A DNA stretch of 64,000 bases from the human T2T-CHM13v2.0 reference genome, Homo sapiens: NCBI RefSeq assembly GCF_009914755.1, contig NC_060938.1; one strand, given 5' to 3'. This document shows, piece after piece, positions 44,601-58,813 of this stretch (position 1 is the first letter of the stretch; each line of letters starts with the position of its first letter). Made by a program: the position numbers and the translations under genes. The notes beneath the pieces are model-generated. The model was not told where the DNA came from. It was given only the letters and a program-made list of their open reading frames with translations, and did not search any database.

Positions 44601-47438
44601 ATAGGCGGGGAAGGGGTGATTACGTCCATTTCTTTTCAGCTCATGGCTCAGAGAGCTAGAGTGACTTGCCCAAGGTCATACAACTAGTAAGGGCGTGCCA
44701 GGACTAGAACGGGGTGTCTTGTTCTGGGGTCAGTGCCTTCCTGGCCCTCCTGGCTCAGGTTGAGGAGCGTGCTTTCTGCACAGCTTTGGGGTGGGACGTT
44801 CCAGAAGCGGAGTGAGGGAGCAGGTGGACACCCCGGGTACCATCCAGCAATTCTTGGAGTCCTCATTCATCACTTTACCACCTTCTGGTGCAGCAGGCAG
44901 ACAGGAAAAAGTGCCTTGCCCGTTCAGAGGCTGGGAAATGTCCTTTAATATTGATCACCTAAAACCAGAGTGTGTCCAACATGCCGGCCTGAGCTCTGCG
45001 CTGTTCGAGGCTAGAGACTGGGGCTTATGCATCCAGTAGTTCTTGAGCACTGGGTGCCAGCTTCTATCCTAACTGTGTGTATAACTGTGTATTAACTCAC
45101 TTAACTCCTGCTAAGTTGACCGATATGAAATGACATGACAAGCAAACCAAGGCAGAGGGAGGCCAGGGTTGCCTGGTTAGTAAGCTGCAGAGCTTGTTCC
45201 AACTCACATACGTTATCTCACACAGTTGGCAGAGCCATGGAGTCAAGTTTTGTTTATCCCAAGGTTGGTCTCCGGCCTACCTGGGAAGATGCGATTTGAG
45301 GTCGTGAGCTGACATGCTCTGCCTGAGAAGTGAAGGGGTATCAAGAGGGAGGAGTTGGCCCTCCATACAAGAAACAGAGCTGGAAAAAGAGGGTAGCAAG
45401 CCTCTCAAGGAGAGAGGCTACCCTTCCTACAGGAAAGGATCGGGGTGGCTCAGCATGGCTGGTTGATGTCTGGATTCAGGTGGTGCCCATATGCCGTAAC
45501 GACTCCAAACCCTCAGTCACTGTCTGCCCGTGAGGGGCTTTGTGGGTTGGAGTGCTTTGGAGGGATGAAAAACAGAGGAGGCAACATCACAGCATGGAGG
45601 GCATAGCAGAGAAAGGGAGAAGCCAGTATTTGCTGCCTGTGAGTTGCAGAGTGGAGAATGAGCATTCAAGAGAGGCAACGTGGAGAAACAGAAGCACTTG
45701 GAGAATTGTCAAAGCATATTTTTTAAAAAGTTAAACACAATTCTTATACAAATAGTGAGCATGTGTCAAAGGCTTATTTAACTCATTAATGAGGGAAGCA
45801 GCAGGATGACAAAGCTGGTTCTAGGAAAGATACGGGAAGCAGACATATCTTATTAGTGAAAAAATGTTGGAGTGAGATTCCTACGTTTGATACAAAATCG
45901 CTAAGATCCTCACATCCTAGGGCAATGAAACCATAACCTTTGGGATTATCTTTTATCCCTCCAGACAGAAACAATGGGCAATTCATTAATTTCCAACAAG
46001 TTAATGCCTGAATTTACACAGTCTGAGTCACTATCAGGAAAAAATCATCACAGCTACGTTCCCAGGAAAGCTTCATGACCCTTCACTGGGTTTATAAGAC
46101 GGGGGCTCCAGTATGACGTTGAAAGGATAGGAGACATCCATCTGCCTCATTTAGGAGATTTGGATAATTTTTTTTTTCCTATCAGTCTTTGGAGACATCT
46201 GGAAGGAGGGTTCCCTCTGAATTTCCTATAGTAAATGGGATTGGGGCCCTAGCTGTTATTTAAACATCGAAGAACACAGGCTCACTGCTGAAGGTAATGG
46301 ATTGAAATTCACCCTCATCTTCATTCCTTCTCAGAAGCCCATTACAGGAACAGTGAAAGGATTTTTTTGGAAAGCTAAAATCCAGAAAGACAAGGAAGAT
46401 AAAATATCAAGAATTTTGGAAGCTGGAAAGCAGAAGTATGGGCAGTAAGTCACCCAGAGACAGCTGCTGCAGGGGCTCTGAGGGTGGGGCAGGGGGAGCC
46501 AAAAACAGGAGGGCTGGTAGAACGTCGAGGTTGAGGTCTCCTTCCCCTCGTCTAGGCAGCACAACCAGAATACCCTGCCTCACCCAACTTTGGCAGAAAA
46601 AGAGGGTTTACCCTGGAGAGAAGGAAACTGAGGGTCTGTGGAAGAGGGGATTAACGGCAAGTGCACCCATTCCAGCTCCCTCCCCCTGCTCAGCTCCCTA
46701 CCCACTCCTAAGGCAGAAGAGCTGGCAGCCAGTACTGGACCCATATACAAGGAGACCAGAATGTTCTTCTCTAGGGAGCCCCATCATCCTGAGGGAGGAC
46801 TCTAAAGACCCTGCCTCCAGAGGTGCCCCCTGAAACAGCCTGATCACCCCACAATGAGGCCGTCAGCCCTAGGCCCACCCACATGCCCACAGTGCCCAGG
46901 CAGCTCTTCCTGCCTCTTATTTGAAACCAAGTGGTCAAAACTCCCCAGGCAGACAGGCAGACGTCCCAGGAAAGGTCTGACTTGGTGAGTACAAGACAAT
47001 CTGAAGGAAAGCAACTGGGAGGCAACTGACTGTACAGGGAGGGAGGTGAAATGTAGGGGGCAGTCATGATTCCCAGCATGAAAGTAGAATTTGCATTATT
47101 TATGTAGTATTCATGCCAAGGTGTTCAGTATGGATGTAACCATGAGGACATCAGCAGATGAATCCATATATGGGGCGATCTACAAGAAACTGGCCTGGAG
47201 ACTTCAAAGATATCAATGAGAAGAAGAAAAAGGTTGGATCGACTCTAGAAGAAAGGAGACTGTGGAGACAGGACCACCAAATGTAATGGTTAGATCCAGA
47301 ACCGGAAAAAATAATGTGTTTGTAAAACGTATTTTTGGAATAATTGGAGAAATCTTAATATGTGCTGTACGTTAGATAATGTTGAATCAAGAATAAATTC
47401 GTCGACAGTCATAATAGTGTGACTATAAGGTACAAGCA

Positions 47439-47668
47439 CAGTTTCTTGACTTGGGCGCCACTGACAGTTTAGGCTGGGTCATTCTTCATGGTGGGGGCTG
47501 TCCTGTACATTATAGGATTTTTAGCAGTATCCCTGGCTCCTACCTGCTAGATGCTAATAGCATACTCACCCACTCACCCCGAAGTCTTGAGTAAAAATAT
47601 CTCCACACATTGTCAAATGTCTCCTTTGGGAGAAGGGGTTGCACATTTGTCCTTGGTTGACTCATTGG
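47439..47668 (-). mobile_element. MER20 hAT-Charlie element within old L1 sequence
   Basis: gggggctgtcctgtacattataggatttttagcagtatccctggc...ctagatgctaatagc...cattgtcaaatgtc. Confidence 0.8.
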
Positions 47669-47899
47669 TACAGAGGAGAATATTCTTGTCCTAAGGAGGA
47701 AAAGATACTGATGGATTTAGGGTTGAATTACATAATGTCAGCAATTTACTTTCAAAATGGTTTCACAAAAGAAATGTGTAATATAGAGAAAGTAACTATG
47801 GTAAGTATTAATTGATGAGCCTAGGCAAAGGGTATTCATTGTATTCTTTAAAGTCTTCTTTAGGATTGAGAAGTCTCAAAATAAGTTGATACTAAAAAA

Positions 47900-49590
47900 T
47901 TGTATCCTTCTGGTAAGAGATAGCTTTTAAAAAATTGCAAAAGAGAACCCATAGAATTTAAACACAGTTGAAGAACCCAAAAAAGGATTGAGATAAAATA
48001 GAGAAAGTCTTCCAGAACGTAGAGCAAAAAGACAAAGATTTAGGAACAGGAGATGCCTGAACCTGCCACACATGAACTGTGTGACTTTCGAGTCTGGCCT
48101 CTGTGGATTTCACTTTCTTTGTTGGGAAGATGGAGATCATAATTTCTGTTCTGATTCCCAAACAGATGTAAAAGGCATTGCTATTATTATTATTATTGCA
48201 TTTCGCTGACTCTTGGGAGATACCTGCTTTCTGTGAATGGTGTTCATGTACTTGTCAACTAACTGCATTTATTCACTCATTCATTTACTCATTTGAGAAA
48301 CATTATTTAAAAATATGTATATAAATTAAACATGCTTTTATTAAAACAAAAGAAGGAGAGAAAGGATGAGAAAATTCGAGGGTGAGATAGGAAGGTTCAA
48401 AATAAGCATAATAAGAATATTCTAGAAAGAGAAGACAGGAAAAACTAGAGGGGGCAGTCATAAAAAAAATTCAAGAACACTTCTTAGAACTGGCTTTCCA
48501 AGTGACAAGCCCATTAAGTCCTCAGCAAATTGGATGAAAATAGGCCTCATTAAGGCCTCTTGTGAGAGTTTCCCCAATGTTTAAAAAAGTGTCTAGAAGT
48601 TTTCTGAGTGGGTAGAAAGAGGTCACATACAAAGGATCTAGAACCGGAGCGGCACCAGACTTCTCAGCAGCAGTGCTGGATGCTAAGAGGCTGTGGTGAC
48701 TCCCTGGAATTCCTCAAAATTAGGTGTTCCAGCCTGGAATTCCCTGTCCAGCTGAACCTCCAATCAAGTATTGATACAAGAGATAGAAAGAAATTATTTA
48801 GACAGATAGTAAGGACAAAAAGTTCCCGGCAAAACTTTCCTTCTAATAAAAAGCAGCTCGAGAAATTACTTCCTTTCTGATCACAAGCAACTCAAAGAAA
48901 TCACTTCTCTTCTGAAAAAGAACAGCCTAAAAAGATTGGACTGTAAACATAAACGGCTCTGACACAGAAAGAGAGCTTCCTGGATAACCAAATTTCACAT
49001 ACATACGGTGGGTCCCAATAAAAACAGTGGGCCTTAATAAACACATCCCTTTCCTTTTATACACACAGTAAAATAAAGAAACTAAATACACAGAGCAGTG
49101 GGGATACCTACAACTACAAAAAGATACCTGGGACCAGACACGTCCATTGTGGAAACTCCCCCTCCCCTTTTCAACACATACATGGCAGGAGAGAGATAAA
49201 CAACATAAAATAACTCAGGCTAAAACCCACCTACATAATAAAAAAGTGGAGTATAGATGGCCAGAGATTCCACTCTATACAGATGGCACACCTGGTCCTA
49301 ATCAGTTTTTCACACTGTATATAAATAAGATATCCCCTCTCCACTAACTCATTTATAAAAACCCTTACATTTTGCTACATTTTGCCACCCCATTCGGGAC
49401 CCCTCTCTACAACACAGAACTGTTTCTTTTCTTTCACCTATTAAACTTCTACTCTAACCTCACCCGTTGTGTGTCCACATCCTTGATCTCCATGGCCATG
49501 AGACAAAGAACCTTAAATGTCACCCCAGACAATGAAACCACTTCAGTATGATGGCAGAATAAAGACATTTTGAGCATAGCAAACACTCAT
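47900..49590 (+). mobile_element. Degenerate L1M ORF1-region fragments, split by a MIR-like piece and the MER50 LTR
   Basis: A-rich L1 ORF1-like text (cagacttctcagcagcagtgctggatgctaag; caatcaagtat|gatggcagaataaagacatttt rejoins across the LTR). Confidence 0.55.
48772..49545 (+). mobile_element. MER50 (ERV1) solo LTR
   Basis: TGATACAAGAGATAGAAAGAAATTATTTAG...CCACTTCA with TG/CA ends, 4-bp TSD gtat (48768-48771 / 49546-49549), TATA-like tttataaaa (~49352) and poly(A) signal attaaa (~49440). Confidence 0.85.
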
Positions 49591-50630
49591 TAGGTCTGTT
49601 GCATGGGTGGCCTTGGGGCTAAGCTTCTATGACAGTGCTGGCCCTTTCTCAAGCACCAAGGCAGGGGCCATGGCTGGGAGCCTGGGTGCAGCCTCCCATC
49701 TTCTCTCCCAATGGCCTCTCTCTTGTCTGTGCCATTCATCAGACACTGACCACCACCCTGTGCTGGGCTCTGGTTCCTCCCCTTGGGGGACTCCTGACCT
49801 AGTATGGATGTGGGATAGAGGGAAACACAGGTGATGATGTGATTCCAGCCAGCTGCAGCAACGAAAAACTCTTGGATCTCTGGCCTGCATTTTGAAGGGG
49901 TTGTTGGGAGAGGAGCCAGCCTGCTCAAATGCAGGGAGGCATGAACCAGACTGAGGTCAGAGTTGGGGGTTCCAATGTGTTTAGGTTTTCTCCCAGCCCC
50001 TGGGACCTGGGTCTCAGAGCACTTGAGTCTCACCAGACAGACTCATCTTCCACGCCACCTCCCTGTCCCATACTGAATAAATGGGAACAGGAGGGTGTGG
50101 GAGTCCATGGCGTGGCCAGCTCTGATGTTGACCAGCTGCTGCCCACAGACATTTGCAGCTGGTGGCCTGAGCCTGACCCAGGAGAGAGGAGCATGCATGA
50201 GTGGTCCCTGGGCTGGGTGTGGTGGGTGTGTGCTCAGCCCCTGGGGTGTCTGAGAGGCAGGCAGAGAATGGGTAGGGACTTCTCCCATCAATTATCCTGT
50301 ATGTACTGGTGTGTTAGGGCCTGAGCACATACCTGACTCTCTCAGAGAGTATGGGTTGCAGAGCTGGGATGGAACAGCATCACATAATCCAGGTCCATGT
50401 TTTCTAGCAAAATGTGCCTGCGTTTCCAGAATCGGAGGATCTAGCTCGAGTTTGGCCCCTCAGCTCTCTCCCCTGGGCCTTCATCAAGCCCCTCAGCCTT
50501 GCTGAACTTGTCCCTCATGTGTCAAGTGGAGATGATGTTGACCTCCAGGTTTTGAAGACGTGGGTAGGACATTGTACATCACATTACATTTGCACCTTGC
50601 TAGGCCTCTAGAACAGAAAGGGTCACTGTC

Positions 50631-50790
50631 CCTTCCTTCCTTCCTTCCTTCCTTCCTTCCTTCCTTCCTTCCTTCCTTCCTTCCTTCCTTCCTTTCTTTT
50701 TCTTTCTTTTTCTCTCTCTCTCTCTCTCCCTCTCTCTCTCTCCCCCCCTCCCTCTCCCTCTCTCTCTCTTCTTTCTTTCTTTCTTTCTTT
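50631..50790. repeat. (CCTT)16 plus CT-rich tract (Alu tail)
   Basis: Pure pyrimidine tract of ~160 bp. Confidence 0.95.
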
Positions 50791-50791
50791 C

Positions 50792-51192
<401 letters not shown>

Positions 51193-53019
51193 TAGAGTGA
51201 GCTGAGACAGGCACCTAAGGCATCAGGGTCCAGCCAGTGTCTGACCCCCTCCTTGTGATGGGCTACGGCCCCTACTGTGCCTCATTCACCCAGAAGAATT
51301 TTATGAAATGTCCTCTGAGTGTGAGCATTTTTAGACTCTGAGATAATGACATTCCTTTCTTTTACACATCCGAACAACTCAGGACTGAGGGGAAAGTTTT
51401 GGAAATGATCTGTCTCCATACCCAGTGGACTCTGAGGACAGGGGACGGTGAACCCTGTGGGTTTCGACGACCGCACATCAGACTTTTCTAATGAGAAAGA
51501 ACACTCTTCACTTAGTTGTGTGTGTGCTTAATCATTTTAGCCTTTTCTTACTGTTTGTTGAAAAACCACATTTTATTATGGATAATTCCAAACAAGTATA
51601 AAATTAGAGGTAATAATGTAATGCCCCTCCCCACAGTCTAGCAATCACCCAGTTTTGACAATTGTCAACTTGTGGCCAGTCCTCTTTTATCAATGCCCCA
51701 TCTACTCACCCCCTTCTCATATTATTATTTTGAAGCAAATATCATATATCATATTTTATTCATAAATATATCAGTCAGTGCATATCTCTAAGAGACTCTT
51801 TTTCAAATGATATAACCACCATATTGCATACTATTATTGCACCCGTTTACCTTGGCAAGGGAGGCCCCAGCCAAAATGCAGAGAACCCCAGAAAGTTCTT
51901 TGCTTTTGTGCTTCTTTGTGTCCAGGTCCTAGAGATCGAAGCATGGTTCTGGGGACCATTAGGAATGATTTTGGCACTGCATGATTTTTGTGACTGTTAC
52001 CTCACCGTTCCTGAGGTAGGCCCCCATGGTGGCTTTCTCCATCAGCCAGAGGAGGTGGTGTGGTTCCCACTCATTCGAGAAGACCAAGGCTCAGACCAAG
52101 AAGCGACTTGTCCCTAGGTCCTCCAGGCAGTGAGGGACAAGACCAGAGCCAATCCAACGTCATCTTGAAGGACCCAGCTCTCTGGTCAATGGTATGCGAA
52201 CAGTCAGTCTCTTGGAAGGCGGAGTAAAGTCACAAAGCTGATTGTAAATGGAAGCTTCTCTGAGGTTGCTCTTCCATGTCCATGTTACTCCCAGAGCTGG
52301 GTGCCTGTCAGACGGGGGCTGAGCACCTCCTCCACGATTTGCAGAGGTCTCAGGGATTCCAGAAAAGTCTCTTGCAACCACTCCCACTCCACGTTCCCTT
52401 CCTTAACTCTCAGCACCACCAGTTCTTGCTGCATTTTCTCATGATGCTCCGCATTGGAGATCGGAGTCTGAATTTTATATTTGTGCCCTTAGTATACTAA
52501 GGCTTAAAAAATAGAATGTTTCAGCATCCTATTACAGAACTATAAAGTTAGGGGACCTTTAAATGTTGGGTGCAATATTTTGCAATTTGCTCACTTGACC
52601 TATTTTTGTTAATAGATCTTTAATTCTCTTTAAACATTTACTCCTATCTTTTGGTTTTATTAAATTTTGAAATGCATATGTGTTTTTGAGTCCTCTGGGT
52701 AACAAAATGTCAACAGATTAAAGAGGCCATTTTTTCATTGCCTGGCGGCCTGCAAAATTATAACAATAACCTAGATCTGGTTAGAAACGAGGCTATGCCC
52801 TCTGTCTTCACTCCGGAACTTCTGATAGCAAGACCAGAGAAACATGATAAATTAAACCAAAGACTAGATTCCCCTCAAACAGTTCCAACTTTTTACCCAG
52901 TTCTCTGGGGATTGAGCCTGCTAGGATGAAGTATAGTTCAACCCTTTACTCCCATGAGTAAGCTAAGGACCTCTTAGAATGAAGTTCATTGAGTGTTTTA
53001 TTAAGAGACAGTTTGGAAG

Positions 53020-53808
53020 ATACCATTCATATCCACTAGAATGGCCTTGACTTAAAAAACAGCAACAACAACAAAGGAAAATAACAAGTGTTGGGAAGGA
53101 TGTGGAGAAATTAAGACCCTCGGACAGTGCTGTTGAGAATGTAAAATGGCGCTCCTGTGGAGAACAGTTTGGAGGTTCCTTAATAAGCTAAACATGGAAT
53201 TACCATATGACCCAGCAATTCCACTCATAAGTATCTACCACAAAGAATTGAAAACAGGTGCTTAAACAAAAACTTGTAAACAAATATTCATTGCAGGATT
53301 ATTCCTAAAACCAAAAGGTAGAAACAATGTCCAAATGTCTATCAGCTGATGAATGGATAAATAAAATGTGCTATGTCCATATAATGGAATATTATTCAGC
53401 CTTAAAAGGAAGGAAGTACTGCTACATGCCACAACATGGATGAACTTGGAACACATTACGCTAAGTGAAAGAAGCCAGAGGACAAAGGCCGCATACCGTA
53501 TGATTTAATTTCTATGAAATGCCCAGAATAGGCAAATCCACGCTGACAGAAAGCAGATTGGTGGTTGTCAAGGGCTGTGGGGGAGGGGTGCAGGGCTATA
53601 GTTGGGGAGTAACTGGTTAATGGATACAGAGTTTTATTTTGTGATGAGGAAAATATTTGCAACAAGATGGTTCTTCCCAAAGGTGGTGTGTGCTTAAAAA
53701 AAAATGGTGCTGCTGGTTGCATGACATTGTGACTGTACAAAATGCTACTGAATTGGACACTATAAAATGACTAATTTCATGTTATGTAAATTTCACCTCA
53801 ATCAAAAA
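53020..53808 (+). mobile_element. L1MB 3' end
   Basis: aaataacaagtgttgggaaggatgtggagaaatt...ttaccatatgacccagcaattccactc...atgttatgtaaatttcacctcaat. Confidence 0.85.
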
Positions 53809-54532
53809 GAGAGACCATTTGGAATCTCATAACACACTTACTATTTCTTCTGTTTGCTGTGAGGCCAAATAAATGAGTTGGGGAGGATCTGCAAGTGCGT
53901 GTTCCAACGGCCATATGGTGCAGTGGCAGAATGAGCTCTGGAGCAAGGCAGACGAGGGTTCAAATCCTGGCAAGCTTTGTGATGCTGGGCAAGTTACTTG
54001 GCCTCTCAAATGGAGCTGCCGATAGAACCTACCTCACAGGGTTGGTGAGGAGACAAAGCTCTTAAGGTCAGCCATGAATGGATTCAGGCTGTCAGCCTGG
54101 GTCAACTCTAGTAGCCTCTTCTGCAAAAGGAAGAGTGGAGCCCCTGCCTGGTGCCCCCTTGGTCACATGGGTGCAGGAGCTAATGGACAGGAATGTACTC
54201 CAAGCCCACGCATGTTCCCAGGCCACGTCGGGGCAGCTGGGGGCAGCGTGGGAGACGACTGGCTTTTCTTTCCTCTGTGATCCGTCCATGGTATTTTGCA
54301 TACAGAAGTCTGGGCTGGGGCTGGCCAGGGCCCCTGAGGGTCTTCACCAGCTGACTGGCTGGCCCATACCTGTCCAGCCCCTGCTGAGAGGCGGCAAGTG
54401 TGCTCTGAGCCCAGCTGGGGCAGACAGGTTTTTCCATGCAGGGATTATCCTCCCAGCTCCAAGGTCAGCTGCTTAAACCTCGTTTAGCTCAGGTGCCTGG
54501 GGTTTTTAGGTTCCTGGAATCAAACTCCAAGG

Positions 54533-54752
54533 CAGTGATTGGTTCTCAGTCACCTCACTGAGAACAATTGGCAATGTCTGGAGACATTTTTGGTTGTCAC
54601 AACCTGGGGCAAGGCAGGGGGGTTGCTAGTGGGTAGAGTATCTAGTGGGTAGAGGCCAAGGAGTCTTTTAAACATCCCACAATGCACAGGCCACACCCCA
54701 GGACCAAGAACTATCTGGCCCAAAATGTCAGCAGTGCTGAGGCTGGGAACAC
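54533..54752 (+). mobile_element. MER20
   Basis: ttggcaatgtctggagacatttttggttgtcacaac...aaacatcccacaatgcacagg...ggcccaaaatgtcagcagtgctgagg. Confidence 0.85.
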
Positions 54753-55849
54753 TCGTCTGAGTGAACCTGTTGCCCTGGAAGCTCCTCGTGAGGGGCTCAT
54801 CACTGCCGGTACCATATGCATCTCACCAGTTATCCCAGTAGCCTGGTGGGTGTCTCCCCACCTCATGGATGAGAAAGGTGAGACCCAGGAGGGATGAGTA
54901 ACCTCTCCAGGGACCCCCAGCTGCCTCATGGCAGAGCTGGGTTTCGAACTTGGATCTGCCTCACTGGAGAGCCTGTTTCCCTAATTACCAGTCAGTAAAA
55001 CAGGGAGAATTATACATGTCAAGGCCACCTTATGAAGACCAAATGGTAGAAGATGTGTTTTATTTAGATGAACCCACATTTACCCAGTTCCTGTTGCCTG
55101 AGAGCCGTGTGGCACGGTCCTTGTTCATAAAGTGCCTAGAGCATGAGGGAAGCAGACCTTGAGCAGGTAGATGAAATATACTATGCCAAAGACTAAAAGC
55201 TGGAGGGAGAGCTGTTTGCCCAAACTAAGGAGATGACACCTGAGCTGAGTGTTGAAGATGAGATGCAGTACCCATGTAGGAGAGAGGTGGGAAGGGTTTT
55301 CTAAGAACATGGAACAGCAGGAACAGGAGGCAGGAGGAGACAGCCGTGGCTGCAATGCCAGGGAGGGTCCACTCAGAGGGACCTCATATGCCTTGCAGAA
55401 GGTCTTGGGCCTTATCTTGAGGGTGAGATGGAGAGCGACAGGGTCAGGGTACATTCTAGATCAGATATGCTGGCTGCTGTGTGGAAGACGGATCTGAATG
55501 TGCCAGTGGGCTAGGCTGTCAGGAGGCCTTGGGCAAAAGTGAGATGATGAGGGTCCAATGGCTGAAGCAACAGGGATGGAGAAAGGGATAGATCTGTGGA
55601 AGAGGCAGCAGATGAAACAGGCAGGACTCGGTGACTGGTTTGCTGAATGAAGGTGAGGAAGAAGGGCTGGGGCTGACTCTGGCCACCAGCTTGGGGAAGC
55701 AGGGTGTTGATACCTAACAGAAAGGGGGGACGATGAAGGTCTGGGGGTGGGAGGAGAGATGAGGCTTGGAGTCTGAGCTGCCTGTGGGACAAGCAGGAGG
55801 GTTTATCTAGCACGGGATTGGTTCTGACCTCAGGAAATGGGTCTGCTTG

Positions 55850-56490
55850 CAGTCGGCTGCCTTCTCTTATCATGGGAGTCATCCATTTTGTTGCGGGTGG
55901 CAATAGTTCACTCTTTTCTTTTGCTCTGTAGAATTCCATGGCACAAATACACATGTGATTGGCTTGTCAGCTCAACTATTGAACGTTGAGGTTGTTTGCA
56001 GCTATTATGAATAATGCTGCTGTGAGCATCCTTGTCCGTGCCTTCTGAGGGCCATGTGCATTATTTTTGTTGGGTTCATGAGAATAGAATTGCTGGGTTG
56101 CGGACACATGCCTGCCATATTTCATAGACAGGGCCAAATGGTTTTCCAAAGTGGACCACTTTACACTCCCACCAGAATGTATGGGGTTCTCATCACTTTG
56201 CATCCTGACCAACATTTCTGTTGTTGTCTCTTGTGGTTTTAATAGGCATTTCCTTGGATAATAATGGCTCTGAGCATCTTTGTGTGTTTTGGGGCTGCTT
56301 AACATCTTCTCCACCTCCGTAATGTGTCCAAGTCTTTGTCCAGCTTTCTGTTAGATTGTCTTTTTCTGATTGATTTGTATCTAAGTCCTTTGTCAGATAT
56401 GTGGACTGACAGTGTCTCCTTATCCACTGTGCATTTCATTTTCACTCTCTTACTGATATCTTTTGAATGAAAGTTTTCAATCAATGTATT
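55850..56490 (-). mobile_element. Old L1ME fragment
   Basis: gctattatgaataatgctgctgtgagcatcc...gaatagaattgctgggt...tttacactcccaccag. Confidence 0.7.
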
Positions 56491-56545
56491 AAAGTTAATG
56501 ATAACAGCAATGAAGCAGATGTTTTTATTAAAAGTGAAACAAAAT

Positions 56546-56853
<308 letters not shown>

Positions 56854-58813
56854 TAGCTAGCTAGCTAGCTAGATAGATAGCAAAATGATACCTTGGAATG
56901 CGAGAGAGGTGTCTTGGAAGCCCAGTTCTTTGGCTAGTGTGCTTTTTAAGGGAATGAAGGAAATCTCTCTGGTTTAGTGAGAGGTGGGGGATGACCTGGA
57001 AATCGATCTTGAGTCTTGGATCTTCTGTTTATTGGGCAGGTCCCCAGTTCTCTGTCTGTGAAAGGAAGGTGCTTTCTGCCCAAATTCTCAGGGCATCCAC
57101 AGGATCCCCTGAGTTCACCAAGGTGAGAAAGCTCTGAAGAGGGATGTTGGCATTCTCAGTGGTTCTGCTCAGAACTCAAAGGCCCCAATCCCTGCTCCTC
57201 CCTGGTTGCAGGGGTGGGTCTGAGACAGGCCTGGCAGGGGCTGCTGGAATAATCTAGGAGGGGAAGGACCCGGCTTCAGCCCGAGTTTGTTGGGGGGAAC
57301 CATGGCACCAGGGGCATGGCAGGAAGCGCCCCTGCCCCCTCCTCCTCTCTGGCGTCTCCCCTTTCCTATCCCTCCCCATTCAAGGACTGGTGAGCCCTTG
57401 CCTGAAGGGCATGGGAGTGCTGGAGAGAGGTGACTTCCGGGACACTGACTGGCCTGGATTCCATTTGTGCCATCTTGAGTGGTGCCCAGTCTGATGGAGC
57501 TCGGAGCTTGTTCCCACGAGGGCCAACAGTCATGCTTGAAACTCACGTGCCTCCTGCTCACCCTGCTCTCCCACTGCCTCCCCATCGCACACTGACCTTT
57601 CTGCCCCGCCAGCACACCCGTACTTCCTACCACGCCTGGGGCTGAAGAGTCTTCCCCAGACTCTCCGTCATCCAGGCCTCCCTCTCCCCTCTCCACCCTC
57701 ACCTGCCGTGTTGTCTTCGTGGCACTCAATACTCCCTGACGTTGTGTCACATGGTATCATTGGGGTACTGGGGTAGTGTCCCCCTCCCTCCCACCAGCAC
57801 AGCCAATCCTCCAGGGCAGGGTTTCACTCATTCACTGCCTGCGTGCCTGTGCCTGCTGCACCTGGCATAGGGGAGGGCCACAGACACTGAAGGCAGGAGG
57901 ACATGGCGCTCGAAGCAAAAACGGGGTGCTCTGCATCCGAAGGCAGAACAGGCTGGCAGTGACCGAGAGCAGATCCAAGGGCCAGAGGTAGAGCACCCAC
58001 GTTCCCTTGGAGCCCTCTGTCCTCATTAAACAGAGAACCACGAGGGGAATGTTAAGCTCTAAGGAGCAGGTTGAGTCTCCTAGGAGGTGGCCAGCCTTCC
58101 TTCCTGATCCCTCATAATCCCTGGGGTTTGGTCAGTTAGGAAGGAGGGGCTGGCACGTGGCCGCATTCCTGGCTTCAGGCAGGATCCTGCTTGAAAAAGG
58201 CCAGTTTTTGCCCCCTTAGATCCATACTGGGCTCAGTAGTACAAGATGGCTGCTCATCTAGTGAGAATCTGTGATTTGGTTTCGGTGCCTCAGCCCGCAC
58301 TAAATGGGACATCTCTCAATGGCCAGAGAAAGAGGTGATGCATTCCTGAAAACCTAGACCTTCCCGGCAACAACTGTGGCATCACTGCCTTCATGGGACC
58401 CTGCTTTTGAGGCAGGTGTAATTTATCGACTCCAGGAAGGAACTTGCGGCTCCCGCCCAGGGTCACACAACACTGGGCCAGCCAGCACCAGGACTCTCAG
58501 TGTGCAAGCAAGGGCTGTTCCTCTGTGCCCCATGGCATGGAGGGTGCCAGGCTGCGTGGGGAGGCTCAGGGGGCAGGGCAGAGGCTCTGGAGGTGCAAGC
58601 GGCTCAGGCTGGACTCAAGGTGCTGCCGCTCATGAGCTGAGTGACCGTGGACCAGGGAGGTGACTGCCGTGAGTCCCAGTGGCATCTTGTGTAGAAGGGA
58701 ATGTACTCTTCCTTTTGGGCCTGCTGTGAGGGTTCAGGAGTGAACAGCCCTGGGAGGGTGTGCACATAGTGAGAGGTGGGATAGCAGAGATGCCCACTGG
58801 GCCACACAACACT

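Noticed and set aside
45700-45900. Possible old LTR fragment (aactcattaatgagggaagc)
   Set aside because: It resembles a repeat, but I cannot assign a family or boundaries reliably.
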